Positions 48,999 through 57,428 of a stretch of 64,000 nucleotides of DNA are shown here, one piece after another. Below the pieces are notes generated by a model. That model was not told the origin of the DNA and ran no database searches. It saw nothing but the letters and a program-made list of their open reading frames with translations. The stretch comes from an uncultured bacterium (GTDB taxonomy: Bacteria; Babelota; Babeliae; Babelales; Babelaceae), in assembly GCA_963819815.1 (NCBI GenBank), contig CAWFXL010000001.1, positions 1,216,001 through 1,280,000 of the forward strand, in the 5' to 3' direction. Position 1 is the first letter of the stretch. Every line of letters begins with the position of its first letter. The position numbers were made by a program, and so were the translations under genes.

Positions 48999-50876
48999 AT
49001 GGGATGGGAGAGTTTTAAGAAATTTAATGAAGCCTATTATCCCCTGAAAATTCTGTACGCTCTAGTCGTCCTTGCGCTCTGGTTTGCTCCACATGTTTTT
49101 GTACTTCCCTCCTATTGGGTATATATTCCCGTCTCTCTGCTCTTTATTCCTGTTCTCTATGAAGCTCTTGAAGGGCTTGCACATAAGCAGATCAGCTCTG
49201 AACTTTTTATCAGTATTGCCACTATTATTGCTCTCCTAGGAGGAGAAAGATCGGCAATATTCGTGGTACTTATGATTATGGCTGCTGCACATTATTTTGA
49301 TGCGCTTATAAAGCAGCGTACTGAAGATGCCTTAAGTTCATTAATAGAATTAATGCCGAGCGAGGTTCTTATTAAGCAAGACTCTCAGGACGTTTTAGTT
49401 CCCCTCAGTTACGTTAAGCCCGGAATGAAAGTTATTATTAAGACGGGAGGCAGGATCCCCATAGATGGGACCATTATTGAAGGTGAAGCAAGTATACAAG
49501 AAGCGGTTCTTACCGGTGAATATCTACCACTACAAAAGGTTCCTGGAGACCTCGTTTTTGCAGGAACGTATGTTGAAGCGGGGAGTGTAGTGGTCCAAGT
49601 AGAGCGTATTGGTGAAGAGACCCTTTTTGGCAAGATTCGTGCTCTGATTGATCAAGCTGGTAAAAATAAAGCTCAGATTGTGAGCCTTGCAGATCGTATC
49701 ACTCGCATCTTTACCCCAGTGTTTTTATTGTTTATTGCAGTAGTTTGGTTCCTGACCGGTAATACCCGTATGGTTATTACGTTACTTATTTTTGGATCTC
49801 CTTTAGAGCTCACGTTAGTGACACCGCTAACTATGTTGGCTGCTATTGTTGCCGCTTTCAAGCGAGGGATTTTAGTTAAAAGTGGTGCAGCTCTTGAATC
49901 CCTTGCAAGCATGGACACGCTTATTTTTGATAAGACCGGAACGCTTACTATGGGATCTCCTGAGGTCGTTTCTTTAACGAGTTTGGATTCTGCCTATGGA
50001 AAAAACGAAATACTTCTCTTGGCTGCTATCGCAGAAAAGAAATCGGGGCATGTTCTTGCAAAAGCTATTATGCATGAGGCAGAGAAAGCACATCTTGAAG
50101 TACCAGATCCAGAAAAATATGTTTCACTGACCGGTCATGGAATTACCATAGTATATCAAGGGAAGACTTACTTTGTGGGGAATCGCCATTTTATCGAGGC
50201 TTCGGAACATGCAAATATACGAATCCCTCCAGGATGCTCTCCTGAGCAGAAGCTAACAACTTTTTATGTGGCTACAGAGGAAAAGGTTCTGGGTGAGATT
50301 TGCCTTGCTGATAGGATTAGACCTGATGCTCGTCAGACCATAGACGCACTCAAGGAGCGTGGTATGAGTTCATTAATTCTCTTAAGTGGTGATAAGCAAT
50401 CAGTTGCCCAAAATGTTGCCTATCAGTTGGGCATTGCCCAGTCATACGGCGAGGTGATGCCTGATGAAAAGCTTGCTTTGCTTAAAAAACTCCAAGCAAA
50501 AGGCTATCAGGTAACTATGGTAGGAGATGGCATTAATGATGCTCCTGCTTTAAAGGCAGCCCATGTAGGTATTGCTATTGGGAGTATGGGAATGGAGCCC
50601 GCAATTCAAGCGGCAGATATTGTGCTCATGTCTGATAAGCTTGATCAGATAGTATTCCTATACGATTTGTCGCGTGAAGCGATGAGAACGATTAAGCAGA
50701 ATCTTCTCTTAGGTTTCGCTTTGACTCATACGGTAGGTATAGTACTCGCATTACTCTCCTTTATTAGTCCCATTCAGGCAGCTCTGTTTCATGCAGTTCC
50801 TGATCTCCTTATTCTCCTTCGAGGGGTACGGCTCATTCATTTTCAAGAGAAACGACCAAAAGATAGAACTAAATAG
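48999..50876 (+). CDS. P1B-type (heavy-metal) P-type ATPase with a non-canonical SPLE motif
   Basis: LTGE, DKTGT, SGD, MVGDGINDAPAL; TM motif IFGSPLELTLVTP. Confidence 0.92.
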   Translation: MGWESFKKFNEAYYPLKILYALVVLALWFAPHVFVLPSYWVYIPVSLLFIPVLYEALEGLAHKQISSELFISIATIIALLGGERSAIFVVLMIMAAAHYFDALIKQRTEDALSSLIELMPSEVLIKQDSQDVLVPLSYVKPGMKVIIKTGGRIPIDGTIIEGEASIQEAVLTGEYLPLQKVPGDLVFAGTYVEAGSVVVQVERIGEETLFGKIRALIDQAGKNKAQIVSLADRITRIFTPVFLLFIAVVWFLTGNTRMVITLLIFGSPLELTLVTPLTMLAAIVAAFKRGILVKSGAALESLASMDTLIFDKTGTLTMGSPEVVSLTSLDSAYGKNEILLLAAIAEKKSGHVLAKAIMHEAEKAHLEVPDPEKYVSLTGHGITIVYQGKTYFVGNRHFIEASEHANIRIPPGCSPEQKLTTFYVATEEKVLGEICLADRIRPDARQTIDALKERGMSSLILLSGDKQSVAQNVAYQLGIAQSYGEVMPDEKLALLKKLQAKGYQVTMVGDGINDAPALKAAHVGIAIGSMGMEPAIQAADIVLMSDKLDQIVFLYDLSREAMRTIKQNLLLGFALTHTVGIVLALLSFISPIQAALFHAVPDLLILLRGVRLIHFQEKRPKDRTK

Positions 50877-51146
50877 TGGTCCGACTAGATGTTGGTCTGA
50901 TCGGCACAGCTAGGTCATTTTCTACAATGCTCTAGTGAAAACCCCTTGCTAAAATCCAGAACATTCTATTTTTTGTGGTGCATCTGATTTGCTCTTTTAT
51001 TCAATATAAATCGAGAGATTATTGTGAACTGGGCTTCAAATAAAGCTTGGTGGGCAATCATCCGGCAAGCTCATCGAGAGAGTTCTCCGGTAACAAGAGA
51101 ACTTCAGTTAGGATCTTTGCTGCTTATGAGCCTCATCAATGCTGAG

Positions 51147-52130
51147 TTACGAAGGAGCTTCACATCTTTGAAGGGCTCGTTTTGTCTTATAATATGAAGA
51201 GCGAGGAATGTACTTCCCTTTAAGTTCTCTGTCATGTATAAACTCTGGAGGAAGGCCGCAAGGGGGGATATTGATCGTATATAAATTACGACAGGTCTCA
51301 TAGCCCCCATGAAGTGCTCTTTCATATATCATCTGTACAAGGCACGGAATATTCTTAATGAATCGAGAAAGCATGATGCCAAGATGCCCAGGGCTTTGGC
51401 GATCTTGGAGTACACGAGTTTGCATAATATTAGGGGCTGGATCAAAAGTTCTCGCTGACAAAAACGGTATCTTGGTGTCTGCAGGTGAGTACGCATAAGA
51501 TTCCCAATAGAGGCCTTGAGGATCTCCGATCTGAAGGAAATCTGAAGTTGAGTAGAAGGTGTATACCTCTTTGAAAATCGGTGCATGTATTAAATGTTTG
51601 GTAACAATCTGTACCGGCGGTGCCAGCATAATTAACCTATCAACCTTGAATGAACTATTTTGGTCTTGTTCTGCAAGGGATGCTAAATAGAGAGCAACGC
51701 TGCAGCCATGGCTGTGAGCCATAATAGTAAGGTGCCCCTTATGGTTTTTAATAACGTTATAAAGCCGCTCGGCCGCGTGTGTTCTTGAAGGGAAGTTGAG
51801 CCTTCCATGCCATCCATAAAAATAGAAGGTATCCAATGCAAATTCTTCGGGACACGCTATTGCGAGGGTATGCGCGATACGTGAGAGTACCGAGCTAACA
51901 TTAATTGTCGATGCCTGTACGACACCATACGGGTAATCAAGTTTATGTACTAATTTCGATATGATAGATTCTTTTGTTCCATGAATAAAAATTGTAGCCC
52001 GACCATCGGGAACTGGCCCTGCAAGAAATACCTTTCGTTGGTATAGTTTGCGTTTATTGTAGTAGTTGCTTTGCTTGCAACTAGGAATCAATAACGTGAT
52101 GATGCAAACAGTAAGAAGACGGGCATACAT
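51147..52130 (-). CDS. Alpha/beta-hydrolase-like lipoprotein or exported protein
   Basis: IFIHGT, AHSHGC, QIGDPQG, GH; paralogue of 52140..53093. Confidence 0.75.
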   Translation of the reverse strand: MYARLLTVCIITLLIPSCKQSNYYNKRKLYQRKVFLAGPVPDGRATIFIHGTKESIISKLVHKLDYPYGVVQASTINVSSVLSRIAHTLAIACPEEFALDTFYFYGWHGRLNFPSRTHAAERLYNVIKNHKGHLTIMAHSHGCSVALYLASLAEQDQNSSFKVDRLIMLAPPVQIVTKHLIHAPIFKEVYTFYSTSDFLQIGDPQGLYWESYAYSPADTKIPFLSARTFDPAPNIMQTRVLQDRQSPGHLGIMLSRFIKNIPCLVQMIYERALHGGYETCRNLYTINIPPCGLPPEFIHDRELKGKYIPRSSYYKTKRALQRCEAPS

Positions 52131-52139
52131 GGTGTAAGG

Positions 52140-53093
52140 CTACTGCTTTCGTCGTTGCTTAGTACTCGGTTTGTGAGCTTTCATAATACGCCTTTCCTGT
52201 TTTTTTTCAATCAGATGAGGTAAGTGTCCTTGAAAGGGCACCTCAATGATAACGTGCTCACTGTTCCGAGCTTGAGGCGTATCGAGCAGTTTAAGAATAT
52301 GCGGTAACTGTCCAAAAAATGGTGGCAATATAAAATCTCTATGGCTTGGATTACGTTCTCCGAAGGTAATCTGTGCTTGGGTAAGGCGCGGCCCTGGCGC
52401 GTAGGCGCGCTTTGAAAAAAGTGGTAGCTTCTCCTTTCCCTTTCTCATTTCCTTGTTTATCCCTTGAGGATCTGCAACCTGTATGACATCTGCGATAGAA
52501 TAGCAGGAATATACTCTCTTAAAGTTGGGTGCATGCACGAGATGAGTGGTAGCTTCTTGGACCGGCGGTGCAAGGAGGATGAGCCGTTCTAGGGTAAGGG
52601 GTGAGACATTGCCAAGAGCATCTTTTTGTTCCGCACATTCAGCAAGATGCAAGGCAACATTGCATCCATGACTATGTGCAATAAGAGTGCAGGGACCTTT
52701 ATGATCCTTCAGGAGATTAAAAAGCTCTTGAGCGGCCTTTTTTCGTGCTGACAGGGTAAGCTCTCCGGACCAGTAAAACTTATAGTAACTTTCAAGGGGA
52801 AATTCGTTGGGAGCAGAGTTGTACAGTGCTCTTCCGAGCCGTTGTCGCGTAGTTAATCTTCGGGGATTTGCTGAATAGTGGTACAAACCGCGCCGCTTTT
52901 CATGGTGGCCCAAGAGGCGTGAGACGCCAGGGAAAACAGTTCCATGTATAAAGATTGTTATGCTGCCCTCTTTGAGTTGTGTACAGGGAGTATGGCAGGT
53001 ATCTAGAGGGGTTGTTTGCTTAGGGGCGCAATTGATCTTATGAGAGAGAGAAAAAAGGGTCGCATAGATAAAGATTCTGAATAGTTTTTGCAT
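52140..53093 (-). CDS. Alpha/beta-hydrolase-like exported protein
   Basis: IFIHGT, AHSHGC, LAPPVQ, QVADPQG, PSH. Confidence 0.75.
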   Translation of the reverse strand: MQKLFRIFIYATLFSLSHKINCAPKQTTPLDTCHTPCTQLKEGSITIFIHGTVFPGVSRLLGHHEKRRGLYHYSANPRRLTTRQRLGRALYNSAPNEFPLESYYKFYWSGELTLSARKKAAQELFNLLKDHKGPCTLIAHSHGCNVALHLAECAEQKDALGNVSPLTLERLILLAPPVQEATTHLVHAPNFKRVYSCYSIADVIQVADPQGINKEMRKGKEKLPLFSKRAYAPGPRLTQAQITFGERNPSHRDFILPPFFGQLPHILKLLDTPQARNSEHVIIEVPFQGHLPHLIEKKQERRIMKAHKPSTKQRRKQ

Positions 53094-53223
53094 GATAGTA
53101 TAAAGTATTAATTTGTGTTTATAGAGCTATTACCTAGATTAGTTTAAGCTAGAACACAAGAAAGCTCAAATCCCCGAGCATAGATCATCACGTATTGTTC
53201 TGTTATGAAAAGGAACTATTTCT

Positions 53224-53922
53224 ATGGAAAATGACGACACTACTTCTAGACAGTCAACAAAGGAGAGGCTCTTACAAGAGTATAAGCAACTAATAACTCC
53301 TGAGAGACGCGTTTTACTAGAATCGCGTATACAAGAGAGGACCCGCTATATTACGGTGGTGCTTGAAGATCTGTATCAAGCACATAATTTGAGCGCAATA
53401 GTTCGCACGTGTGATTGTTTTGGTATCCAGGATGTCCATATTATTGAAGAAAGACATCAATTTAGTCTTTCTAAAGGCATCGTAAAAGGGGCGGAGCAAT
53501 GGCTTTCTCTTAAGCGCTATAGAGTGCGACAATCTCAGGATATCGGTGAGAATTTTGCACAGCTGCGCAACAATGGCTATACGATTGTTGCAACAACTCC
53601 CCACAAGAATGATACCCTCATTAGTGAATTGCCTCTTGATAAAAAAGTAGCGTTGGTTTTTGGTACTGAACGAGAAGGACTTAGCGCCTATGCCCTTGAG
53701 CATGCAGATGCCTTTGTAAAAGTCCCACTTTATGGGTTTACTGAGAGTTTTAATGTTTCAGTGTGTGCTGGCATTGTCCTGTACGAGCTTACTCGAAGGC
53801 TGCGGCAGTCGGAAATCGACTGGCATCTAAGCGATGAAGAACGTATCGATGTGCAGCTCCAATGGTTGATACGGACGACTCCATTTGGAGATATCCTTAA
53901 GAAAAAGCTTGAGTTGCTTTAA
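53224..53922 (+). CDS. trmH: TrmH/SpoU tRNA 2'-O-methyltransferase
   Basis: HNLSAIVRTCDCFG, FGTEREGLS, ESFNVSV. Confidence 0.9.
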   Translation: MENDDTTSRQSTKERLLQEYKQLITPERRVLLESRIQERTRYITVVLEDLYQAHNLSAIVRTCDCFGIQDVHIIEERHQFSLSKGIVKGAEQWLSLKRYRVRQSQDIGENFAQLRNNGYTIVATTPHKNDTLISELPLDKKVALVFGTEREGLSAYALEHADAFVKVPLYGFTESFNVSVCAGIVLYELTRRLRQSEIDWHLSDEERIDVQLQWLIRTTPFGDILKKKLELL

Positions 53923-54026
53923 CGGCCAAACCTTGGAGGATTGTTTTTCTAGGGCACTTTCTACAAAGACCGGTCTCAATTCTAAGCACTCAGCTCATCT
54001 ATGGAATATTTTTATAGATTATATGT

Positions 54027-54192
54027 ATGAGAAAACACGTTCAGGAGTGCGTTGGCCAATTTGTACCTCTTTTTTTGAAACCTATTCTGAAGTAAGGGTG
54101 GCAAAGAGTTTAAGAAAGGCGCTTGGATTAACTACCAAAAGAGTAGGGTCCAGTCTATAAAGCAGAAACTGTAGCCATTGTAAGTTGCATAT
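54027..54192 (+). pseudogene. Degraded relic of a mobile mystery protein A gene
   Basis: Reads MRKHVQECVGQFVPLFLKPILK*GWQRV/RKALGLTT----KRVGSS versus MRNQVQDTIDQFGSLALQPVPKVGWLRIVRKALGLTTLQLAKRVGSS in 55934..56410. Confidence 0.8.
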
Positions 54193-54260
54193 TCTACCCT
54201 TTTTTGATGAAGGAGTGGTTAATATGACTTTGTCCATATCCTATGCATTTTCTAATTCTT

Positions 54261-55496
54261 CTATTTCTTTGACAATTCGAGCTCTTTATTTTTCTTTGCT
54301 TCGCGCCGCAATTCTTTCATTTTTTCATTTTCTCTCTCGAGACGTTGAATTTCTTTTCGCAACTTCATTTTTTTAATTTCTGGTGCGAGATCAAGAACTG
54401 TTTCTAATTCTTCTCGAGAAAGGGGTAGTTTAGCCAGATCATTCACTTTATCATTCACCTTCATCGACATAAAATTGATCGTACCATCATCATCAGACAA
54501 TTCTGCTTGGATTTGCTGCATAAATTTAACTATTGCTCGTACGTGCCAATGTCCAGCGTAAAAAACTCCTAGCTTAGCAGAACGCGGAGTCATAAAAGCA
54601 TTCAGGCTATCGATTATCCAGGGCAAATTAACTATCGCATAGTACTGTTCGGAAAAAGCGTCAATTGTATGAGCAAAACTTCTGGTGACCATATCAATTA
54701 TTTTTTTCTGTTCAGCTGCAGGTAAGGTTGAAAAACTTTCTACCAAACCGGGATACTGACTGCGAGCATAGTTGTAAATAATTTTCAGGATTGATGTATT
54801 ATTAAGAGGATTGCCAGAAGCATAACGGTTAAAAAACTCTGTAAGAGCTTTTTTTGCAATCAATGCGCTTTCTATTTTTTCATTCAGTATCTTCTTAGCT
54901 GCTTGGTATAATGTATCAGGCAGTTCTCGTGAAGCTCTTTCAAGAAATCTCGCGTATCGATCAAGTATGGTTTGATTGTCTTTTTCAAACGAAGAAAGCA
55001 GATCTCTTTTATAAAGAAATTCCCCATTGCTTTCTAACGATCTACGTACCGAATCTTGCAAGAGGCTTTTTAAAAAAATATCCCACACGTAACTGTTGCG
55101 AGGATCGCTCGTTTCAAAATGTATCGCACCCTTAAGACCTTCTTCTTCTTTGAGATTATCCATAAGAATACGTAACTTTGTGATTACCTTTGTAGCTTCC
55201 TGCCGTTCTTTTAGAGTGTCTTCATCTAGCCTATGATAGAATGCTTGAGTCTCGGCTACAGTTTCGAGGTTTAAAAGAGCCCTACCCGGTTGTTGGGCGA
55301 CCACTTTTAGAAAGGAGCGTAGAGTATCGTACTGATCTAAATCATTGATTGTACGTTCATGACGATCGCCAAGGAGTATAAGCGTTCCAAGGCCATCAAT
55401 CTTAATCCTGTATCCTGAAATAATAGCTGCATTTAGCTGGTGTAGGGGAAGGACCACTATAATGAATCTAAATATAAGTCTGGTGAAGGTTATCAT
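54261..55496 (-). CDS. Secreted hypothetical protein, possible EreA/ChaN/TIKI-fold hydrolase
   Basis: Signal peptide; LILLGDRH ... YAGHWH; charged coiled-coil C-terminus. Confidence 0.55.
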   Translation of the reverse strand: MITFTRLIFRFIIVVLPLHQLNAAIISGYRIKIDGLGTLILLGDRHERTINDLDQYDTLRSFLKVVAQQPGRALLNLETVAETQAFYHRLDEDTLKERQEATKVITKLRILMDNLKEEEGLKGAIHFETSDPRNSYVWDIFLKSLLQDSVRRSLESNGEFLYKRDLLSSFEKDNQTILDRYARFLERASRELPDTLYQAAKKILNEKIESALIAKKALTEFFNRYASGNPLNNTSILKIIYNYARSQYPGLVESFSTLPAAEQKKIIDMVTRSFAHTIDAFSEQYYAIVNLPWIIDSLNAFMTPRSAKLGVFYAGHWHVRAIVKFMQQIQAELSDDDGTINFMSMKVNDKVNDLAKLPLSREELETVLDLAPEIKKMKLRKEIQRLERENEKMKELRREAKKNKELELSKK

Positions 55497-55806
55497 AACT
55501 AGTATTTCCTTTCAAAATCCCATTAGTGCCTGCTATTGCTATAGTCTGGGTTAAGTTTTCAGAGCCAATTATATTTTCTTATTATACAAACTCTAAACTG
55601 TCTTCTTTTAACAAAGAAAGAGGATGGTAGATCTAGAGTGTCACACATGGTATTAAAAGTCAAATATTTATCAATCAACATTTTCAAATAGTGCAACTTG
55701 TGGACGCATGCTTTTCGTTTTGCTGGAGTGAAGGAATTGCGCAGATTACATGGGAACTTCAAGGGCTGTACGAACGACTCCCGTTAAGAAAAGCTTGATG
55801 TAAATT

Positions 55807-55931
55807 TATAACCTATAGGTTATATTTGTGAACTATTTTATAACTTATGGGTTATAAATATTGACATTTTGCTGCAATAAATATAACTTATAGGTTATAT
55901 TTATGAACCATTTTATAACTTATAGGTTGTT
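55807..55931. promoter_or_regulatory. Four 18-bp palindromic operators around a TTGACA promoter
   Basis: TATAAC-N6-GTTATA at 55807, 55839 and 55882, with a degenerate copy at 55914; TTGACA at 55861. Confidence 0.85.
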
Positions 55932-55933
55932 TT

Positions 55934-56410
55934 ATGAAAAAGTCTTTTAAAAAATTAATGCGTAATCAAGTTCAGGATACCATTGATCAATTTGGGTCAC
56001 TTGCTTTACAGCCTGTTCCAAAGGTAGGCTGGCTACGTATTGTGAGAAAGGCTCTAGGTTTAACTACGCTGCAACTGGCGAAGAGGGTAGGGTCAAGCCA
56101 AGCAAATATCACAAAGGCAGAAAAAAATGAATCGGAAGGTAGTATTAGTTTAAAGACGCTAGCACGTATTGCCGAGGCTATGAATTGTAAGTTTGTATAT
56201 TGCATTGTGCCTATTAAGCCTATAGAAACTATATTAGAAGAGCGGGCAAAGCGCATTGCTAAAAAACGTATTCAAGTTATAAATCATTCGATGAGCCTGG
56301 AATTGCAAGGTCTTACACCTGAGCAGTTGAAAGCTCAAGAGGAAAATCTGGTGGACGAGTTGCTTGCGGGGAATCTTAAAAAACTATGGGAAGATGATTA
56401 TGAGGTTTAA
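55934..56410 (+). CDS. Mobile mystery protein A (XRE-family HTH)
   Basis: GWLRIVRKALGLT..QLAKR, ISLKTL..AEAMNCKFVY, HSMSLELQ, KLWE; followed by a Fic gene. Confidence 0.9.
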   Translation: MKKSFKKLMRNQVQDTIDQFGSLALQPVPKVGWLRIVRKALGLTTLQLAKRVGSSQANITKAEKNESEGSISLKTLARIAEAMNCKFVYCIVPIKPIETILEERAKRIAKKRIQVINHSMSLELQGLTPEQLKAQEENLVDELLAGNLKKLWEDDYEV

Positions 56411-56897
56411 GAATTACAACGGAGCAACTCCACTTGATCCTGTTGAGTTACATGAGCTCATTCCAGAGCACCTTGTTACGCAAGAGGAGCTAAATGCCTG
56501 GGAAGAAAAAAATATTCTAAAGGCGAGGCAATGGGCTGGAAGATTTCGAATATCAGAAAGGAATCTTGGTATAAATTGGCACGCAATTGCCGCTGAAGTA
56601 AAAAAGCTCTGTGATGACACACATTTTCAGCTAGCCCACGCTACTTTTAATGATGATGAGGTAGCTGTAAGGTTTCACCACCGGTTAGTTTGGATTCATC
56701 CATTTCCCAATGGTAACGGTCGGCATGCGCGTTTAATGGCAGACCTGCTTATTGTGCAGCTCGGACATCTACCATTTAGCTGGGGATTGTATCAGAAACT
56801 GTCAAGTCCTACTCCAATTAGAAAGCATTATATTGAGGCATTGCAGTTAGCTGATCGAGGTGACTTTTCGAAAATACTTGCTTTTGCCCGATCTTAG
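56400..56897 (+). CDS. Mobile mystery protein B (Fic domain), apparently internally shortened
   Basis: GATPLD, ELNAWEEKNI, FHHRLVWIHPFPNGNGRHARL. Confidence 0.88.
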   Translation: MRFKNYNGATPLDPVELHELIPEHLVTQEELNAWEEKNILKARQWAGRFRISERNLGINWHAIAAEVKKLCDDTHFQLAHATFNDDEVAVRFHHRLVWIHPFPNGNGRHARLMADLLIVQLGHLPFSWGLYQKLSSPTPIRKHYIEALQLADRGDFSKILAFARS

Positions 56898-56963
56898 CAA
56901 TAACTTCAGCTGCTGGTACAAATTTCCATATGGGGATTCAATTAAGAAAAAGCTTGAATTGCT

Positions 56964-57428
56964 TTAGCGTTGCAATCTTCCGGGCAGCTTTTTCAAAATA
57001 GAATCTTCTCGGGCTTGCATAACAGCGTATTGTTCATCGGTTTCATGGTCATAGCCAAGTAAGTGACAAATCCCATGAATAGTAAGAATCATCAGACGAT
57101 GTTCATAGGTAACTCCCAAGTTCTTTGCTGAATGCACGATATATTCTGGGGAAAGGATAAGATCGCCGAGATTTTTTTCATCCTCGTGAGTAGTCGCTAT
57201 TTTCGTGCCGGGGGTGGTGTGTGGGTGATAGGCGAATGATAATATATCAGTAGGACCTTTTTTATATCGGTACGTTTCATTATACCGTTGTATTGTTCTA
57301 TTCGTGGTTATGAGAATTCCAATGTCAAAATCTTGATAGGTAAGTATCGTGAGTATCTCTGTGATAAGCTCAGTAAGCCACTGTTCATCAAGAGGAACTT
57401 TTCGTTGGCGATTGATAAGTGTAATCAT
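56964..57428 (-). CDS. ybeY: rRNA maturation RNase YbeY
   Basis: PTDILSF, LGDL, HGICHLLGYDH. Confidence 0.95.
   Translation of the reverse strand: MITLINRQRKVPLDEQWLTELITEILTILTYQDFDIGILITTNRTIQRYNETYRYKKGPTDILSFAYHPHTTPGTKIATTHEDEKNLGDLILSPEYIVHSAKNLGVTYEHRLMILTIHGICHLLGYDHETDEQYAVMQAREDSILKKLPGRLQR

Noticed and set aside
50877..51146. Possible ncRNA or small ORF between the P-type ATPase and the hydrolase
   Set aside because: Only a short stem (AGTTCTC/GAGAACT) and no recognisable family motif.
53885..54160. 91-aa ORF as a real gene
   Set aside because: It overlaps trmH out of frame, and its only meaningful part is the mmpA relic.
55800..55935. CRISPR array
   Set aside because: The repeats are 18-bp palindromes separated by short, partly repeated spacers around a promoter; no cas genes.
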